Assembly: GCA_965230435.1 (NCBI GenBank)
Contig: CBDDLB010000002.1
Location: 2,326,706-2,390,705, forward strand
Reading direction: 5' to 3'
Origin: Bacteroidales bacterium
GTDB lineage: Bacteria > Bacteroidota > Bacteroidia > Bacteroidales > JBDKHP01
DNA length: 64,000 bases
Part shown: positions 53,167 through 64,000 of the stretch, one piece after another
Layout: the number at the start of each line of letters is the position of its first letter
Position numbering within the stretch: the stretch's first letter is position 1
Position numbers and translations under genes: made by a program
Notes under the pieces: generated by a model
The model's database searches: none
Seen by the model: the letters and a program-made list of their open reading frames with translations, nothing else
What the model was told of the DNA's origin: nothing

Positions 53167-53760
53167 ATGAATATTTCTAAGAAGATAAGAAACACGATCA
53201 ATTCATATAAGTCAATTGATGAGCAACTAGATAGCTTGGCTCAGTTTGACAATATTACTGATGCTGAAATTCGGGAAATAGGACGTACCTGTCATAAATC
53301 AACAGAAGCAGGGATTCTTATTGAATATCTTGGTTTTGAAAAGCTAAAACCCCATCTACCTCTATTTCTGGAATTTCTACAAGATTTAAATTGGCCTGCT
53401 GCAAGAGGTGCTTCAAAAATGCTGAACAGGGCAGGAAAAGAAATCGTTCCGGAAATACAAAATATCTTTACAGAAGTGAAAGATGATGCAATTTGGCACT
53501 ATTGGATTCTTGTGGAAATTGTTCAAAACTTAGAAACAAAATTAATTGGAGAACTAAAAGCCAGTTTATTAAAACTTATTGAAAGAGCCGATGAAGAAAG
53601 TGCATCCATCTATGCATTAAGAATATTGAAAGAAAAAAAGCTTATTTCGGAAGATGAAATTGAAATTCATTATCAGTACCTATTGCAGAAATATGAAGGA
53701 AATGGAAATCTGATATTTGAACTGAACGACGAAATAAACCCATCTATGAGTCAAAACTAA
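53167..53760 (+). CDS. DUF5071-like helical-repeat protein
   Basis: 197 aa. The block LEFLQDLNWPAARGASKML...WHYWIL resembles DUF5071. The family call is from memory. Confidence 0.5.
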   Translation: MNISKKIRNTINSYKSIDEQLDSLAQFDNITDAEIREIGRTCHKSTEAGILIEYLGFEKLKPHLPLFLEFLQDLNWPAARGASKMLNRAGKEIVPEIQNIFTEVKDDAIWHYWILVEIVQNLETKLIGELKASLLKLIERADEESASIYALRILKEKKLISEDEIEIHYQYLLQKYEGNGNLIFELNDEINPSMSQN

Positions 53761-53927
53761 TCTGGCCTGTGGAAATCATAATCCAACAAGCTTATTTTGT
53801 CTGACAATCAATACTTAATCATTTATTAGCTTTACGTTCTCTTATTCCATTCATCCAAAAATTACAGCAACCTACGTGGTATGCCCGTTTAACAAACATG
53901 AAATAAGAACTTCAACACATAAACATA

Positions 53928-54500
53928 ATGGCAAGTAAAAAAATATGCGTTTATTGCAGCTCCAGCAAAAGCTTATCAGATGATTACTACGAAGTAGCTG
54001 CCGAACTAGGTAAACTTATCGGAGAACAAGGACATGAACTTGTTTACGGTGGTACCGATGTAGGAATGATGCAATCGATAGCTGATGCTGTTAAAGATGC
54101 AGGCGGAAGAATAACAGGAGTAATACCAAAAGTTATTACCCAAATGGGTATTGCCAAACCAGACTGCGATGAGTTTTACGAAACAGACGATATGTCGGAG
54201 CGCAAATCGTTGATGGCCTCGCTCAGCAACGCTTTTGTTGCCCTGCCCGGAGGATTTGGGACACTAGAGGAATTCAGCGATATTGTCACAAGAAAACACC
54301 TAGGATCGCACGACAAAGCTATCGTACTGCTCAACCACAACGGTTTTTACGACTCACTTTTGGAATGGTTCAATAAACTTTATGAGCAGGAATTCGCAAG
54401 TATGAGTTATAAAAGTTCGTTTTTTGTTGCAAACAATGCCCAAGAAGCTATTGAGCTTGTTAACAATTATAAAGGCTTTTTGGGAGAAGATAAGTACTAA
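53928..54500 (+). CDS. LOG family (TIGR00730) nucleotide phosphoribohydrolase
   Basis: ICVYCSSS, GGTDVGMM and PGGFGTLEE motifs. Confidence 0.85.
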   Translation: MASKKICVYCSSSKSLSDDYYEVAAELGKLIGEQGHELVYGGTDVGMMQSIADAVKDAGGRITGVIPKVITQMGIAKPDCDEFYETDDMSERKSLMASLSNAFVALPGGFGTLEEFSDIVTRKHLGSHDKAIVLLNHNGFYDSLLEWFNKLYEQEFASMSYKSSFFVANNAQEAIELVNNYKGFLGEDKY

Positions 54501-54606
54501 GCAAAAAGAATGGCCGTTGACTACAGAAGGAATCCATGAAATTGATTTCTGCAACAGACTTATCTTTGTACTAAAGGCAAAATCAGCTACATTTACAGCA
54601 AAACAA

Positions 54607-54945
54607 ATGCAATCTTATAACACCATGCAACAACAAGAACAAGACCAGCCAATTAACATTGAACTAGAAGAAGAGGTATCGCAAGGCATTTATTCAAACC
54701 TCGCTGTGATTACTCATTCCAGCTCAGAGTTTGTTGTCGACTTTGTCCGTATCATGCCAGGTGTGCCAAAGGCTAAAGTGAAATCGAGAATTATTCTAAC
54801 GCCTGAACACGCTAAAAGGCTTTTACAAGCTCTTCAAGATAATATTGCCAAATACGAACAGTCTTTCGATAAAATCCGAAATACTGATGACTCTGGCACT
54901 CCACCTATTCCTATGAATTTTGGTGGCCCTACAGCTCAAGCATAA
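54607..54945 (+). CDS. DUF3467 domain protein
   Basis: GIYSNLAVITHSSSEFVVDFVRIMPGVPKAKVKSRIILTPEHAKRLL. Start taken at ATG 54607, because the track start at 54424 overlaps LOG. Confidence 0.7.
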   Translation: MQSYNTMQQQEQDQPINIELEEEVSQGIYSNLAVITHSSSEFVVDFVRIMPGVPKAKVKSRIILTPEHAKRLLQALQDNIAKYEQSFDKIRNTDDSGTPPIPMNFGGPTAQA

Positions 54946-54974
54946 AAATACTGCCTGAGGCTTTCCCCTCAGGC

Positions 54975-55892
54975 TTATTTTTTTTTCTGCCCCAGTAAAT
55001 CTTCCAGCGCTTTGTCTATGTTGGTGAACGAAAACTTAAAACCTGTCTGCAACAACTTGCCCACATTTACATAATTTCCACCCAATACTATTGAAGACAT
55101 CTCCCCAAGTGCAACTCTTAGGGCGAAATTAGGCACATTGGGCAGAAAAAGTTTACGCCCATAGAAACGGGCTATTGCCTGTGTGAATTCTCTATTCGTT
55201 AACTGCTTGGGCACCGCAGCATTGAATGGACCGAACATGGATACATCTTCTATCGTTTTTACAAAAACCGCCAGTAAGTCGTTGATGTGTATCCAAGGCA
55301 TAACCTGATTTCCTGTTCCTAGTACAGTTCCAACCCCCGCCTTAATAGGATTCGCTAATTTTGGGAGTGCTCCTCCACTGCTACTAAGCACCAATCCAAT
55401 ACGCACTTTAACCACTCGTACTCCTAATTTTTCAAAAAGATCTGCAGCTTCTTCCCATCTCTTGCATGTATGCCCAAGAAAGTCATCTGCCGATTCGTCA
55501 GACTCGCTATATGTTCTACCAATACCCTGGCCATAATATCCTACCGCAGAAGCTGAAATGAAACTCTCAATACTATGATCGACTTCTTGTAAAACTTTGT
55601 AGATCAACTTGGCCGATTTCACCCTACTATCCAGTATTACTTTCTTTCGTTTCGGTGTCCAACGCATATCTGCAATACTAGCACCAGCCATATGAACAAT
55701 ATGGTTTACGCCTTCAAATGCCTCTTTGTCGATTTCACCCCTTCCCAAATTCCAAACAAAACTCTTTGCCTGAACATGGTGCACCTTTTTTCGGCTTAGA
55801 ATATTTACCTTATAATCTTTCGCTATCAGTAAATTGACTAACTTAGAGCCAATTAATCCCGAAGCCCCTGTAATCAACACTTTCTCTCCCAT
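54975..55892 (-). CDS. TIGR01777/YfcH-like NAD-dependent epimerase family protein
   Basis: KVLITGASGLIGSKL Rossmann motif, 305 aa, with a DUF1731-like C-terminus. Confidence 0.85.
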   Translation of the reverse strand: MGEKVLITGASGLIGSKLVNLLIAKDYKVNILSRKKVHHVQAKSFVWNLGRGEIDKEAFEGVNHIVHMAGASIADMRWTPKRKKVILDSRVKSAKLIYKVLQEVDHSIESFISASAVGYYGQGIGRTYSESDESADDFLGHTCKRWEEAADLFEKLGVRVVKVRIGLVLSSSGGALPKLANPIKAGVGTVLGTGNQVMPWIHINDLLAVFVKTIEDVSMFGPFNAAVPKQLTNREFTQAIARFYGRKLFLPNVPNFALRVALGEMSSIVLGGNYVNVGKLLQTGFKFSFTNIDKALEDLLGQKKK

Positions 55893-56163
55893 CTGATTCT
55901 ATGTCGTTAAATATTGTAATTGGTTTCATCCATTCAAAATTCCTCCTCAGATGTAATTCCTGATGAATTCCAGTGATGCTCATGCATGCAATTCAGCATA
56001 CAAAAAACATTGCCGTTTTACCTCTTTAAATGTACCAATAAATACCTCTTTTCAAGAATATGAATAGCCATCCTCACGCATTATTACAATTATAGATTCC
56101 TGCATTAAAGATTTATTCCGCAAATCACACAACGAAACAACAAACTCAAAAAACGGTAGTACT

Positions 56164-56347
56164 ATACATGTAATGTTCGTTAGAAATGCCCCCTATTTCC
56201 CCCCTTAAGGGGACTTAGTTACCGAATAATCCTGAAAGGTTTACGAATCAACACGATACAATTCAGGAACATTCACATTTGGGCCCTCTTTTAGGAGGGC
56301 GGTGGGAGGCCATTTCACAATAAAAGCATTACATGTACAACACCATC
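56164..56347 (-). repeat. 184-bp TIR-bounded element (short, cargo-less form)
   Basis: Termini are TACATGTAATG and CATTACATGTA. Contains the 12-bp palindrome CCCCTTAAGGGG and a CCCTC/GAGGG hairpin. Its halves match 47699-47778 and 49036-49139. Confidence 0.55.
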
Positions 56348-56599
56348 TTTTTTTTTATACGTTGAAGTCAATTCTGTTCTTCTACTTACTTAACAAAGAC
56401 TCTATCTACAACTAACAATGTTGCTCATACCCCAATGTTCCTAACACACACTGCACAAATCCTTTTATTTATCAAATTTTCAATACCTTAGCGCCACAGG
56501 ACAGCTCACCTAAAGCTACCTTAACGAAGATAACACTAATTTAGATTCATTCCATTCAAGGCTGGCGGACTATTAGTACTTTTTTCCGAAAGAGCTTAT

Positions 56600-56607
56600 T
56601 AACTTTG
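56600..56607 (+). promoter_or_regulatory. Candidate -7 box (TAACTTTG) upstream of lon
   Basis: TAnnTTTG match 150 nt upstream of ATG 56757. Confidence 0.3.
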
Positions 56608-56756
56608 CCACATTGTCTGTATTTCGGCTTTTGGCACATGGCTTGACAAACAGCAATGCAAGCTAGATGAAAAGAGAAATCGGAAAAAACGGCAAAAACT
56701 GACAGTCGAGCCAAGCAAGAACAGAAATTTTGACAGCATTTTTGAGAAAGTTAACT

Positions 56757-59207
56757 ATGAGGAATCTGAAAAACAAAATACTTAGTCCTATATTTTCTGA
56801 CGAGATACTGCATGAAGACCGCGAATATATACCATTATTAGACGGGGATTCAAGCGAACTTTCGCCTGAAAACTTCCCTGACACTTTGCCACTTTTACCA
56901 CTACGGAATACCGTGATGTTCCCGGGTGTATTGATCCCAATTGCAGTTGGCCGTGAAAAATCGATACAACTGGTACGTGAAGCGAACCGTGGCAACAAGC
57001 TTATTGGCACAATCAGCCAACGCGACATGAATGTTGAGAATCCAGAATTGAAAGATTTATACGAGGTGGGTACAGTCGCCCAGATCGTAAAGATACTTGA
57101 AATGCCTGATGGATCAACTTCGGTAGTTATTCAAGGAAAAAACAGATTCCGCACAAAAGAACTCATTCAGGACGATCCCTATCTTGTAACTACGATTGAT
57201 CGCCTTGCCGATCATCATCCTGTGCAGGGAGAAGAAGAATATGAGGCTATCATTACTTCGATAAAAGAGCTGTCTGTAAAAGTTATTCAACTATCGCAAC
57301 AGATTCCTTCCGATGCAGCCTTTGCTGTAAAAAACATTGATAACCCAGCTTTCCTTATCAACTTTATCTCGTCGAACACAGATCTTGACACAGAAAAGAA
57401 ACAGGCTCTACTAGAGATAAACGACCTTAAAGAAAGAGGCCTTCGCTTACTTGAACATTTGGCTTACGAGGTTCAGAAACTAGAGCTTAAAGACGACATT
57501 CAATCCAAAGTAAAGACTGAACTCGACCAACAACAACGCGAATACCTGCTAAATCAGGAGATAAAAACTATCCAGAACGAACTTGGACACGGCCCTCTTG
57601 AATCTGACCTAACGGAACTTCTTGAAAAAGCGGAAGCTAAGCAATGGTCGGAAGAAATTAAGGAAACATTCGAGAAGGAAATAGAGAAGCTTAAAAGGCT
57701 AAATCCATCTACACCAGAATACTCAAACCAAGTACTTTATCTACATCACCTTGTAGATTTGCCTTGGAACGAATATACTGATGACAATTTCGACCTTAAA
57801 AATGCTCAGAATGTACTTGACAAGGATCATTTTGGACTTGAGAAAATAAAAGAACGCATCATTGAACACTTGGCCGTACTTAAACTAAAAGGCGATCTGA
57901 AATCTCCTATCATCTGCCTACATGGCCCCCCCGGAGTTGGAAAAACATCGCTTGGTAAATCGATAGCGGAAGCTCTTGGCCGTAAGTACGTTCGGATGTC
58001 TCTTGGCGGACTTCATGACGAAGCAGAAATCCGTGGGCATAGAAAAACCTACATTGGTGCAATGCCAGGGCGGATAATGCAGAACATAAAAAAAGCAGAC
58101 TCATCTAACCCTGTGTTCATTTTGGATGAGATCGATAAAATTGGTAGCGATTTCCGTGGAGATCCATCTTTTGCTCTTCTTGAAGTGCTGGATCCTGAGC
58201 AGAACAATGCTTTCTACGACAATTACCTAGAAGTTGACTTCGATCTATCGAAAGTAATGTTTATTGCTACAGCTAATGACATTGGCACCATTTCCCCACC
58301 CCTACTCGACCGTATGGAACTGGTTAATGTGGCAGGCTATGTAGTGGAGGAAAAAATTGAAATTGCCAAACGTCACCTTATCCGTAAGCAACTGGAAGAG
58401 CATGGTCTTGAAGGCAACCTTTGTAGTTTCCCGAAAAAGACATTAGAATACATTGTTGAGAACTATACGAAAGAGTCTGGCGTCCGTAATCTGAACAACA
58501 GAATAGCAAAACTTGCAAGAAACCTAGCCAAACGTGTTGCTATGGGCGAAGAGATTCCAAAAACAATCTCAATAGAAGAAGCGAAAGAAATCCTTGGCCC
58601 TCCAAGCTTCAGCAAAGACCGTTATCAAGGGAACGAATTTGCCGGTGTGGTTACTGGCCTTGCATGGACTTCTGTAGGCGGCGAGATTCTTTTCATTGAA
58701 TCCAGCTTAAGCAAAGGTAAAGGTAAAATGACCCTTACTGGAAACCTTGGCAAGGTGATGCAGGAATCTGCGACTCTTGGTCTTCAGTATGTAAAATCAC
58801 ACGCTGGAAAACTGAATATAAAGCCTGATGCATTTGAAAACTGGGACATTCACCTGCATATACCAGAAGGGGCAATACCTAAAGATGGCCCTTCGGCCGG
58901 TATCACAATGGTTACTGCCTTAGCATCGCTTTTCACGCAACGCAAAGTGAGACGGCAGCTTGCAATGACAGGCGAAATGACACTGCGAGGAAAAGTTCTT
59001 CCTGTTGGCGGTATTAAAGAGAAGATTTTAGCTGCTAAACGGGCAGACATGAAAGAGATTATTCTTTGCAAAGAAAACGAAAAGGATATTCTTGAAATTC
59101 CTGAAGTTTATGTAAAAGGTGTCAAGTTCCACTATGTGGATACTATTGACGAAGTGCTTGAAATTGCATTGCTTAAACAGAAGGTGGAAAGTCCTTTGAA
59201 AGTATAA
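56757..59207 (+). CDS. lon: ATP-dependent Lon protease
   Basis: [19 protein letters not shown] (LON N domain), GPPGVGKTS Walker A, and DGPSAGITM (catalytic Ser). ATG at 56757; the track TTG is at 56730. Confidence 0.95.
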   Translation: MRNLKNKILSPIFSDEILHEDREYIPLLDGDSSELSPENFPDTLPLLPLRNTVMFPGVLIPIAVGREKSIQLVREANRGNKLIGTISQRDMNVENPELKDLYEVGTVAQIVKILEMPDGSTSVVIQGKNRFRTKELIQDDPYLVTTIDRLADHHPVQGEEEYEAIITSIKELSVKVIQLSQQIPSDAAFAVKNIDNPAFLINFISSNTDLDTEKKQALLEINDLKERGLRLLEHLAYEVQKLELKDDIQSKVKTELDQQQREYLLNQEIKTIQNELGHGPLESDLTELLEKAEAKQWSEEIKETFEKEIEKLKRLNPSTPEYSNQVLYLHHLVDLPWNEYTDDNFDLKNAQNVLDKDHFGLEKIKERIIEHLAVLKLKGDLKSPIICLHGPPGVGKTSLGKSIAEALGRKYVRMSLGGLHDEAEIRGHRKTYIGAMPGRIMQNIKKADSSNPVFILDEIDKIGSDFRGDPSFALLEVLDPEQNNAFYDNYLEVDFDLSKVMFIATANDIGTISPPLLDRMELVNVAGYVVEEKIEIAKRHLIRKQLEEHGLEGNLCSFPKKTLEYIVENYTKESGVRNLNNRIAKLARNLAKRVAMGEEIPKTISIEEAKEILGPPSFSKDRYQGNEFAGVVTGLAWTSVGGEILFIESSLSKGKGKMTLTGNLGKVMQESATLGLQYVKSHAGKLNIKPDAFENWDIHLHIPEGAIPKDGPSAGITMVTALASLFTQRKVRRQLAMTGEMTLRGKVLPVGGIKEKILAAKRADMKEIILCKENEKDILEIPEVYVKGVKFHYVDTIDEVLEIALLKQKVESPLKV

Positions 59208-59215
59208 AGCCTTAT

Positions 59216-59247
59216 AAAAAACTCTGGTTAGATACCAGAGTTTTTTT
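59216..59247. terminator. Bidirectional Rho-independent terminator between lon and the HEPN-like gene
   Basis: AAAAACTCTGGT-TAGAT-ACCAGAGTTTTTTT, with an 8-bp stem flanked by an A-run and a T-run. Confidence 0.75.
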
Positions 59248-59815
59248 GTTCTGGATTGAGTACTTGCTTATATCTAGTTGCGATTTCAATACTAAAGTCT
59301 TTTAACTCTTGAGCGCTGAATTCCATAGCAAAATCCATAACCCCGTTATTATTATTCCAAATTATAACACCTTCCCATTTCCCACCTTCATTTTTCGGAA
59401 TGATATTTTGATGAGCAATTCCATTCCTAAGTTTGGTTAATAGTTTAGATAATCTCATCGTGTTAAATTCATTTTCTCCTTTGATTCTGAAGTTACACTC
59501 CTGACTTCTAAACTTTTCATCAAAATTTATCTGATTAAGATTTTCACCTTGCTTCTTAAGTTCAAATTTCGCCAATTTTCTGTAAGAGGAAGGAATAATA
59601 CTTTTTATCTTATCATCCTGTAATGTCAAATCAAATTCTGAAGGAATATTTTTAGAAACAATATTTTACAGAACTGCAACTATCAACCCTAAAAGGCAAT
59701 TAAGTAAAAAGGTAAATTCTAATTTTTCTTCCTTTGCTTTAGGCTCAAGTTTTTTTAATAGATCTAGAGTTCTTTCTATAAATTCCTTTCTGTAGTCTTC
59801 TTTTATTTCCGCCAT
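59228..59815 (-). pseudogene. HEPN-like (RNxxxH motif) protein gene interrupted by an in-frame TAA
   Basis: ATG 59815 encodes MAEIKEDYRKEF...LLNCLLGLIVAVL, then TAA at 59668-59666. The same frame continues as NIVSKNIPSEFD...LTKLRNGIAHQNI... to the stop at 59228. The track shows only the 133-aa TTG-initiated distal part. Confidence 0.55.
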
Positions 59816-59856
59816 AATTTTCTTAATATTTACACAGCAATGTTTTAAGCAATAAG

Positions 59857-60642
59857 CTAAAGCATCAACATGAAACCAGAGTCTTTTCTTCGATGTTTTT
59901 CAATTTCCTCTTTCAAAAACTTAGTCTGTTGCTTTCCAATAAACTCCCTGAAAACATCTAAATTCTGCTCTTCTTCTGTTTTATTTAAGGCATCAATATA
60001 TTCAGCTCGGTCTTCTGTAAATATTTTTATAAGAGGCTCGTTATGGTACCGTTGAATATAGTTCATCAGCAATCTCCCCGTACGGCCATTGCCATCGCCA
60101 AAAGGATGAATATTTACAAAATTATAATGCACATCAGCAGATAACTTAAGGACATCAGTACCATCTAATTTATCAAGCTTGCTATTAACCGAATCTATTA
60201 ACTGTTCCAATAAATCAGGAACTTTCTGATAATTAGGAAAATATTTTTTATCCACATAAACTTGAGCCAAACGTAAATCTCCTTTAGCTGTATCGAAACT
60301 ACCAGCCATAGTGTTAGATTCACCTCCGGTACCTTTCATCACAAGGGCTCCAATTTCCTGAATAAACTCAAGCGATAGCTTTCTCCTCTTTTTGGCTTGT
60401 TCTCTTATAAACAGAAATGCATCAAAATGATCTTTAACCATCAAGTGATCACGAAGGGGCTTGCCCGCCGAAGTGATATCCTGTTCTAAAAGCACCTTGG
60501 TATCCGTTTCTGTCAAAGAACAACCTTCAATCTTTGTCGAATGCCAAACAATAGAAATGGTACAGAACTTTTCGTAATCAATTACATCCTGTAAATTAAG
60601 GTTTACATATTCATTCTTCAGTTTATCCAGTTTTGCCCACAT
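59857..60642 (-). CDS. Fic family protein (AMPylase-type) with N-terminal inhibitory motif
   Basis: HPFGDGNGRTGRLL matches HxFx(D/E)GNGRxxR. STKIEG matches (S/T)xxxE(G/N). ATG at 60642 (MWAKLDKL...). Confidence 0.9.
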   Translation of the reverse strand: MWAKLDKLKNEYVNLNLQDVIDYEKFCTISIVWHSTKIEGCSLTETDTKVLLEQDITSAGKPLRDHLMVKDHFDAFLFIREQAKKRRKLSLEFIQEIGALVMKGTGGESNTMAGSFDTAKGDLRLAQVYVDKKYFPNYQKVPDLLEQLIDSVNSKLDKLDGTDVLKLSADVHYNFVNIHPFGDGNGRTGRLLMNYIQRYHNEPLIKIFTEDRAEYIDALNKTEEEQNLDVFREFIGKQQTKFLKEEIEKHRRKDSGFMLML

Positions 60643-60739
60643 GATCTTTTTCGGTTTGTTCTTACCTATGCAATTTATTACAAAAACAAAAGACACCAAT
60701 GCGAACACTGATGTCTTTCTATATCATTTTGATAAATCC

Positions 60740-61831
60740 TTACACTGCAAAACGGAAATGCATAATATCACCGTCCTGAACAACATATTCTTTTCCTTCT
60801 ACTCCCATTTTTCCAGCTTCTTTACATGCTTGCTCAGAGCCAAGGTCTATGTAAGTATCGTATTTGATTACTTCTGCACGGATAAAACCTTTTTCGAAAT
60901 CGGTGTGAATAACACCGGCCGCTTGAGGAGCCTTCATTCCTTTTTTGAATGTCCAAGCACGGACTTCTTTTTCTCCTGCGGTGAAGTAAGTCTGAAGATC
61001 TAAAAGTTCGTAAGCAGCACGGATCAGTTTTGCAACACCAGCCTCTTCCAAACCTACTTCTTCCAAAAACATCTGACGCTCTTCGTAAGTCTCCAGCTCT
61101 GAAATGTCGGCTTCTGTCTGCGCTCCAATAACCAATACCCCAGCATTTTCCTCCGCTACAGCGGCTTTTACAGCTTCTACGTACTTATTGCCGGACACAA
61201 CCGAGTTTTCGTCCACATTACAAACATAAAGCACTGGTTTCTCTGTAAGCAACTGAAGATCGTCAGGCTTTTCGTCATCCTCCAGATCAATTACGCGGGC
61301 AGATTTTCCTTGCTCTAAATGAGCTTTGTATTTTTCAAGTATTTCTACAAGCTTCTTGGCAGACTTTTCACCTGTTTTTGCCATCTTCTGTGCCTTTATC
61401 AGACGAGTTTCGATAGTCTCAAGGTCTTTCAGCTGTAGTTCTGTATCAATCACTTCCTTATCACGGATCGGATCGATTGAACCATCTACGTGCGTGATGT
61501 TATCGTCGTCGAAGCAGCGCAAAACATGAAGAATCGCGTTTGTTTCACGGATATTCGAAAGAAACTTATTTCCTAAACCTTCTCCCTTACTTGCTCCTTT
61601 TACAAGACCAGCAATATCCACAATCTCAACAGTAGTAGGAACTACTTTCTGAGGGTTTACGATATCTGCCAATTTATTTAGACGCGGATCTGGTACATTG
61701 ATTACACCCACGTTTGGTTCAATAGTACAGAATGGAAAGTTTGCCGATTGTGCTTTTGCATTCGACAGACAATTAAATAGGGTAGATTTACCAACATTCG
61801 GCAGACCTACAATGCCACATTGCAATGCCAT
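60740..61831 (-). CDS. ychF: Ribosome-binding ATPase YchF
   Basis: MALQCGIVGLPNVGKSTLFN, 363 aa, with C-terminal TGS-like ...YVVQDGDIMHFRF. Confidence 0.95.
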   Translation of the reverse strand: MALQCGIVGLPNVGKSTLFNCLSNAKAQSANFPFCTIEPNVGVINVPDPRLNKLADIVNPQKVVPTTVEIVDIAGLVKGASKGEGLGNKFLSNIRETNAILHVLRCFDDDNITHVDGSIDPIRDKEVIDTELQLKDLETIETRLIKAQKMAKTGEKSAKKLVEILEKYKAHLEQGKSARVIDLEDDEKPDDLQLLTEKPVLYVCNVDENSVVSGNKYVEAVKAAVAEENAGVLVIGAQTEADISELETYEERQMFLEEVGLEEAGVAKLIRAAYELLDLQTYFTAGEKEVRAWTFKKGMKAPQAAGVIHTDFEKGFIRAEVIKYDTYIDLGSEQACKEAGKMGVEGKEYVVQDGDIMHFRFAV

Positions 61832-62120
61832 ATATTTCAGTAGATTGTATGTTCAACTTCTCTTGCGGCGCAAAAGTAAATATTTTTTTGTAGATGTGTC
61901 GGTTATACAGATAAGTAGGTGTGCTAATTTAAGCAACACTTTTTAAGGCTGTCACTATTCTGAATACTAGCACAGTGCTTTTCATAACGGTAAATTGTAT
62001 GAGCAGTGTTAGATTGCTTGGCACTTCACTGTCAAACCGTTAACAGTTTGAGCGGGATACAAACATTGACATTTAGCACTTTCGCTGCCATTACTTATAC
62101 AAAGTGTTAGCGTTTCGTTA

Positions 62121-63932
62121 TTATTCACTCAGCTCAGGTGTATATTTTTGTATTAATGAAATCAGCACCTTACTATCAATGGGTTTTGAAATAAAATCGT
62201 TAGCCCCAATCTTTAAAGCGTTTTCAATATCTAAATCGGAAGCAAATGCAGATTGCACAATTATTGGGATTTTTTTATTCTTCTTGCGTATTTCTTGTAT
62301 GACTGATAATCCATTTAACTCAGGCATTTTAATGTCCATAAGTATAATGTCAATTTCAGGTGTATTTAAAGCCAAGTCAACAGCTTGTTTTCCTGTTCTT
62401 GCGAAGTATAATTTATTTGGTGTATTACCCATTAATTCTCTAAAGAACTGGAAACTGACCTCATCGTCCTCTGCAATCAAAACAGACAGCTTTTGTACGT
62501 AAAAACGGTCTAACGAAAAAACAGGATTTAATGGTCTGGTTTCAGATTTATCAGGCTTCTGCTCTATTATTGAGAAAGAAAAGATAGAGCCTTTTCCTAG
62601 AGCAGATTGAAGGGACATTTTGCCACCCATAATTTCTACCAGACTTTTAGAAATTGACAATCCAAGCCCAAGCCCTTCTTCTGCTTTTTCTTTGGATAGG
62701 TCTCCTTGACGAAAACGCTCAAATATCTTTTTTTGCATTTCTGGAGCTATTCCCAGCCCTGTGTCTTCAACATAAAATTCGACTTGTTCATTTGTCTTGG
62801 TGAATCCGAATTTAATATACCCACTACTCGTAAATTTGAAAGCATTCTTAATAAGGTTCGTCAATACTTGAGATAGTCTGTATTTATCTACACAAATAAT
62901 TTTATTCTGTCTTTGTGAAGTTTGCCGAATTAATTCTAATCCTTTTTCTTTTGCCTCCTCGTAAAAGAAATTCTTCATGTCTTCAAGTAATTCGTTGCAA
63001 TCAAACTGTTCATTTCTAAGTTTTACTCCACCGGATTCTATTTGGGAAATATCGATCAATTCGTTAATTATATAGAGCATACGTTCTCCACTTTTCCTAA
63101 TAATATCCAAGTACATTTTGTGTTTTTCAGCCACTAAATCAGGATTCTTTAACAAATCAGCAAATCCCAAGATTCCATTCATTGGAGTTCTTATTTCATG
63201 GCTTAGGTTTGCTAAAAACATTGTTTTCAGTTTGTCACTTTCTTCGGCCCTTTCCATGGCTTTTAATATCCTTTCCTCAGAATATTTTCTATCAGAAACA
63301 TCCTGATGGGTAATAACGATATTTTTAACCCTGCCTTTAGAGTCTTTAAGTGGAAACACACTTGTACTTAACCACCTCTTACGCCCAAAACCTTTTGATT
63401 CTGTTGCTCCTTTGGGGTTGAATTCATATTCAGGAACTATAACATGTTCGCCTGCATAAGCTTTTTTGATATAATTCAACAATCCTGTTTTTTCAACTTC
63501 TTTGCTTTGTAAAACATTGAACGAATTTACAGTTGTGCTGGCAGGAAAACTCCATAGCTTTTCATATGCTTTATTGACGGCTATTTGCAAACCGTTTATA
63601 TCATAAATCTCAATTACAGACGGAGTTTGCTCCATTAAGGTTTTAAAGTAGGAGTCTGATTCTGTAACCCTTTCAATAATGTTTTGCTTTTCTTTTATTA
63701 TTCTTTTTTCCCTTTTTATAGTTTCTCTCAACTTTCGGGAAAACACGCAACCGATAACTCCTATTACAAAAGGTGTAAGAAAATGATGCCATTGGCTAAT
63801 TGATTCTACAATTGAGAAATTATGAAAAAAATCTTCAATTGTAACTCCAATCAGAATTATCGAAAATATTATGAAAAAATCCAACACCTGAATTAAAAAA
63901 ATTCTTAGGTTGCTATTATCTTCTTTTTTCAT
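62121..63932 (-). CDS. Hybrid sensor histidine kinase/response regulator (TM-PAS-HisKA-HATPase-REC)
   Basis: FLANLSHEIRTPMNGILGF (H-box), DTGLGI and GLGLGLSISK (G-boxes), and a C-terminal receiver VLIAEDDE...ILMDIKMPELNG. Confidence 0.9.
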   Translation of the reverse strand: MKKEDNSNLRIFLIQVLDFFIIFSIILIGVTIEDFFHNFSIVESISQWHHFLTPFVIGVIGCVFSRKLRETIKREKRIIKEKQNIIERVTESDSYFKTLMEQTPSVIEIYDINGLQIAVNKAYEKLWSFPASTTVNSFNVLQSKEVEKTGLLNYIKKAYAGEHVIVPEYEFNPKGATESKGFGRKRWLSTSVFPLKDSKGRVKNIVITHQDVSDRKYSEERILKAMERAEESDKLKTMFLANLSHEIRTPMNGILGFADLLKNPDLVAEKHKMYLDIIRKSGERMLYIINELIDISQIESGGVKLRNEQFDCNELLEDMKNFFYEEAKEKGLELIRQTSQRQNKIICVDKYRLSQVLTNLIKNAFKFTSSGYIKFGFTKTNEQVEFYVEDTGLGIAPEMQKKIFERFRQGDLSKEKAEEGLGLGLSISKSLVEIMGGKMSLQSALGKGSIFSFSIIEQKPDKSETRPLNPVFSLDRFYVQKLSVLIAEDDEVSFQFFRELMGNTPNKLYFARTGKQAVDLALNTPEIDIILMDIKMPELNGLSVIQEIRKKNKKIPIIVQSAFASDLDIENALKIGANDFISKPIDSKVLISLIQKYTPELSE

Positions 63933-64000
63933 ATTTCTATGATAATATAGGGCAAACGCATCAAAATGAAAACCGAAGGTTTTCCCAAAAGACGAAGCTT

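Noticed and set aside
56663-57028. 121-aa minus-strand ORF overlapping the lon 5' end
   Set aside because: It is antisense to the strongly supported lon gene and promoter region, and its product is Ser-rich and low-complexity.

Overview
This AT-rich bacterial chromosomal window reads as Bacteroidota: it has T9SS type-A C-terminal sorting domains, a fused SecDF, a DUF4492-cydA-cydB layout and TAnnTTTG-like -7 boxes. I can support about 45 protein-coding genes, three pseudogenes or gene remnants, and one intact IS1595-family insertion sequence with an 8-bp target duplication. I recognised no rRNA, tRNA or CRISPR array. Core genes are tex, an ftsB-like gene, a GH31 glycosidase, secDF, a HEAT-cyclophilin fusion, TauE, cydAB plus a micro-ORF, pruA, a crotonase, ComEC, a PyrD-like gene, LOG, lon, ychF and a hybrid histidine kinase. 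Accessory patches: (1) an M43 metalloprotease region at 1-5 kb; (2) two output-less Cache-HAMP-GAF-PAS sensors around a cupin, next to an orphan ParA and an 86-aa protein with a ParB-like N-terminal peptide (14.6-21.4 kb); (3) three LRR surface proteins (30.5-37.8 kb); (4) an IS-flanked amidase plus small-membrane-protein module that resembles a lysis cassette (43-47.7 kb); (5) a Fic-HEPN pair whose HEPN gene is broken by an in-frame stop (59.2-60.6 kb). The most unusual signal is non-genic, with at least five kinds of short repeat: a ~180-bp GC-rich element, a 132-bp TIR/MITE-like element, a ~95-bp intergenic element, a 95-nt UUCG-capped palindrome that separates cydA from cydB, and a 184-bp TIR-bounded element whose second copy carries a ~1.26-kb passenger encoding a beta-lactamase-fold serine hydrolase. 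All repeat alignments and domain calls were made by eye from the sequence and ORF track and need computational confirmation.
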